The position numbers and the translations under genes were made by a program. From Octopus vulgaris (taxonomy: Eukaryota), in assembly GCA_951406725.2 (NCBI GenBank), contig OX597814.1:173972001-174036000 (forward strand): DNA of 64,000 nt. Reading direction: 5' to 3'. This document shows positions 62,465-64,000 of this stretch, one piece after another. Numbering within the stretch: the stretch's first letter is position 1; every line of letters starts with the position of its first letter. The notes below the pieces were generated by a model. The model saw only the letters and a list, made by a program, of their open reading frames with translations. It had not been told where the DNA came from and did not search any database.

Positions 62465-62925
62465 AATACCAGAATGTATGAATGTTGACAGTTGCATACA
62501 GAAGTGCTGATCACTTAAAGTGGATGGAAATTGTAGAAGGGGGAGACCCATGAAGACATGGGACAAAGTATTGAAGGCTGATCTCAAGACACTGAGTCTT
62601 ACAAAGGAGATGATTAAGGACCGAGATATCTGGCACACTGCTGTACTTGAGAAGACCCATCCACCACAGCAGAATTGATATCAGTGCTTGTTCCACATAA
62701 AAAGTACTCAATGCTGGCGGCATATTAAAAAGATTGGTGATGGTGCCACATAAAATGCACCCAGCACACTCTGTGGAGTGATTGGTGTTAGGAAGTGCAT
62801 CTAGTTGTAAAAACCCTGCCAGGTACAGACAATGAAGCCTGGTATGACCCCTGGCCTTACCAGCTCTGGACAAGCTGTCCATCCCATGCCAGTATGGAAA
62901 ATGGACATATTATTATTATTATTAT
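62465..62925 (+). mobile_element. 5'-truncated RTE LINE 3' end
   Basis: VDGNCRRGRPMKTWDKVLKADLKTLSLTKEMIKDRDIWHTAVLEK followed by the family 3'UTR and a (TAT)n tail. Confidence 0.85.
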
Positions 62926-63720
62926 AATGAAGAAGAAGAAAAAGGAACCATAACAACTAGATGCAGTGAATAGAATAGCCACAATTCCTACAATATAAAT
63001 GATAAATGTTGCCTGCATAGCATATCTTCAGGAGCATTGCTCTACATTATATTTCAATGGCCCATACTAACTCTTGTCAAAGTATAGCCAGAGACACAAT
63101 AACATATGAAGCTGTTCAACATACAAATAGCCACCCAATTCTACTCCTTCACTAAAAGATCTGTGTTACTCATATGAACATCTACTTGTCAGATATCAAC
63201 AATGCAAAAATTCTACAGAACTACAGTATATAACATCCTGTTTTTTTTTTATATCATCATCAACAAAGCAACCAGTTATTCATTATTGATGTGTTAAACA
63301 CATAACATTCTTTTCTGTCACAACAACAACGATTAATTGTTAATGCACTAAGTAATAGGTTTTAGGATAATATTAATGCACAGTGGTATTTATCTATTGT
63401 AATAGAACAAGTCTTAGCCAACACTGCATGCCTAATCAAATATCCTGGATATATGTAGACAATTGTTTATACAATTTCTTCATGGACAGAGGATGGAACC
63501 TGAAGAGCTGGTCCAAACAGAACCCAAATCAGTTGGGCTAATCCCTCTTTATTTCACCTGCTGTGAGATTATATAGATACTGTAAGCAAATTTTAGGGTG
63601 GAAGTGCTAAGCAGTGATGTGTATAAATACAAGGTTATTACTCCAAAATACTTGCATCTCACAGTCTGGGTAGGTGGTGCTGCGAGTTGATTTTGATGTG
63701 TTTACACCATTTTTCTACAG

Positions 63721-64000
63721 CAGGGGTTCTCAGCCATTTTTTATATATGGACCCTTTTGATTACTATTTTATTCTGCCCCCACCCCTCCATAGCTATTTA
63801 ATGTTTAAAAACTAGTTTTATTGATACTTCTTTCAAAATTATTGTTTTGTTATTCACACATTAACTTGTGTAGGTTAAACTATGTAACACATTAGAGAAA
63901 GAAACCTAGCTGTTTCTTGTCATATATACTAATACATTCATCTAAAGTAAAATTTTTTCATGGGCCCTTAAAATACTATTGTGGATGCCCAATTTACTAT
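63721..64000. mobile_element. hAT-type MITE, truncated by the window end
   Basis: Begins caggggttctcagcca, like the terminus at 26012. Confidence 0.6.

Noticed and set aside
63493-63570. ATG GAA CCT GAA GAG as the next EVI5 exon (MPEEEAF-like)
   Set aside because: No acceptor site, and the downstream peptide does not resemble a TBC domain.

Overview
AT-rich, microsatellite-rich animal genomic DNA. The repeat families resemble those I recall from Octopus/cephalopod genomes; this is an inference, not a database result. The only host gene I can support is a + strand EVI5/EVI5L-like TBC-domain Rab-GAP. Four of its coding exons (37172-37323, 47802-47881, 54865-55089, 57217-57291) have canonical GT/AG sites and compatible phases, and the ORF track misses most of them. 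The gene continues beyond the window. The rest is intron or flank packed with tRNA-derived SINEs, 5'-truncated RTE-clade LINE ends, Penelope-like element (PLE) remnants, Tc1/mariner and hAT fossils, piggyBac-, pogo-, hAT- and Merlin-type MITEs, and a composite non-autonomous Helitron. The most interesting signals are (i) several minimal type-I hammerhead ribozyme motifs in PLE termini, including a sense/antisense pair locked in a 70-bp hairpin just downstream of a coding exon and a two-copy variant with a non-canonical core, (ii) two phase-compatible candidate alternative EVI5 5' exons, and (iii) inverted repeat pairs around exons that could form dsRNA. Nearly all of the short ORFs in the track are repeat-derived noise.
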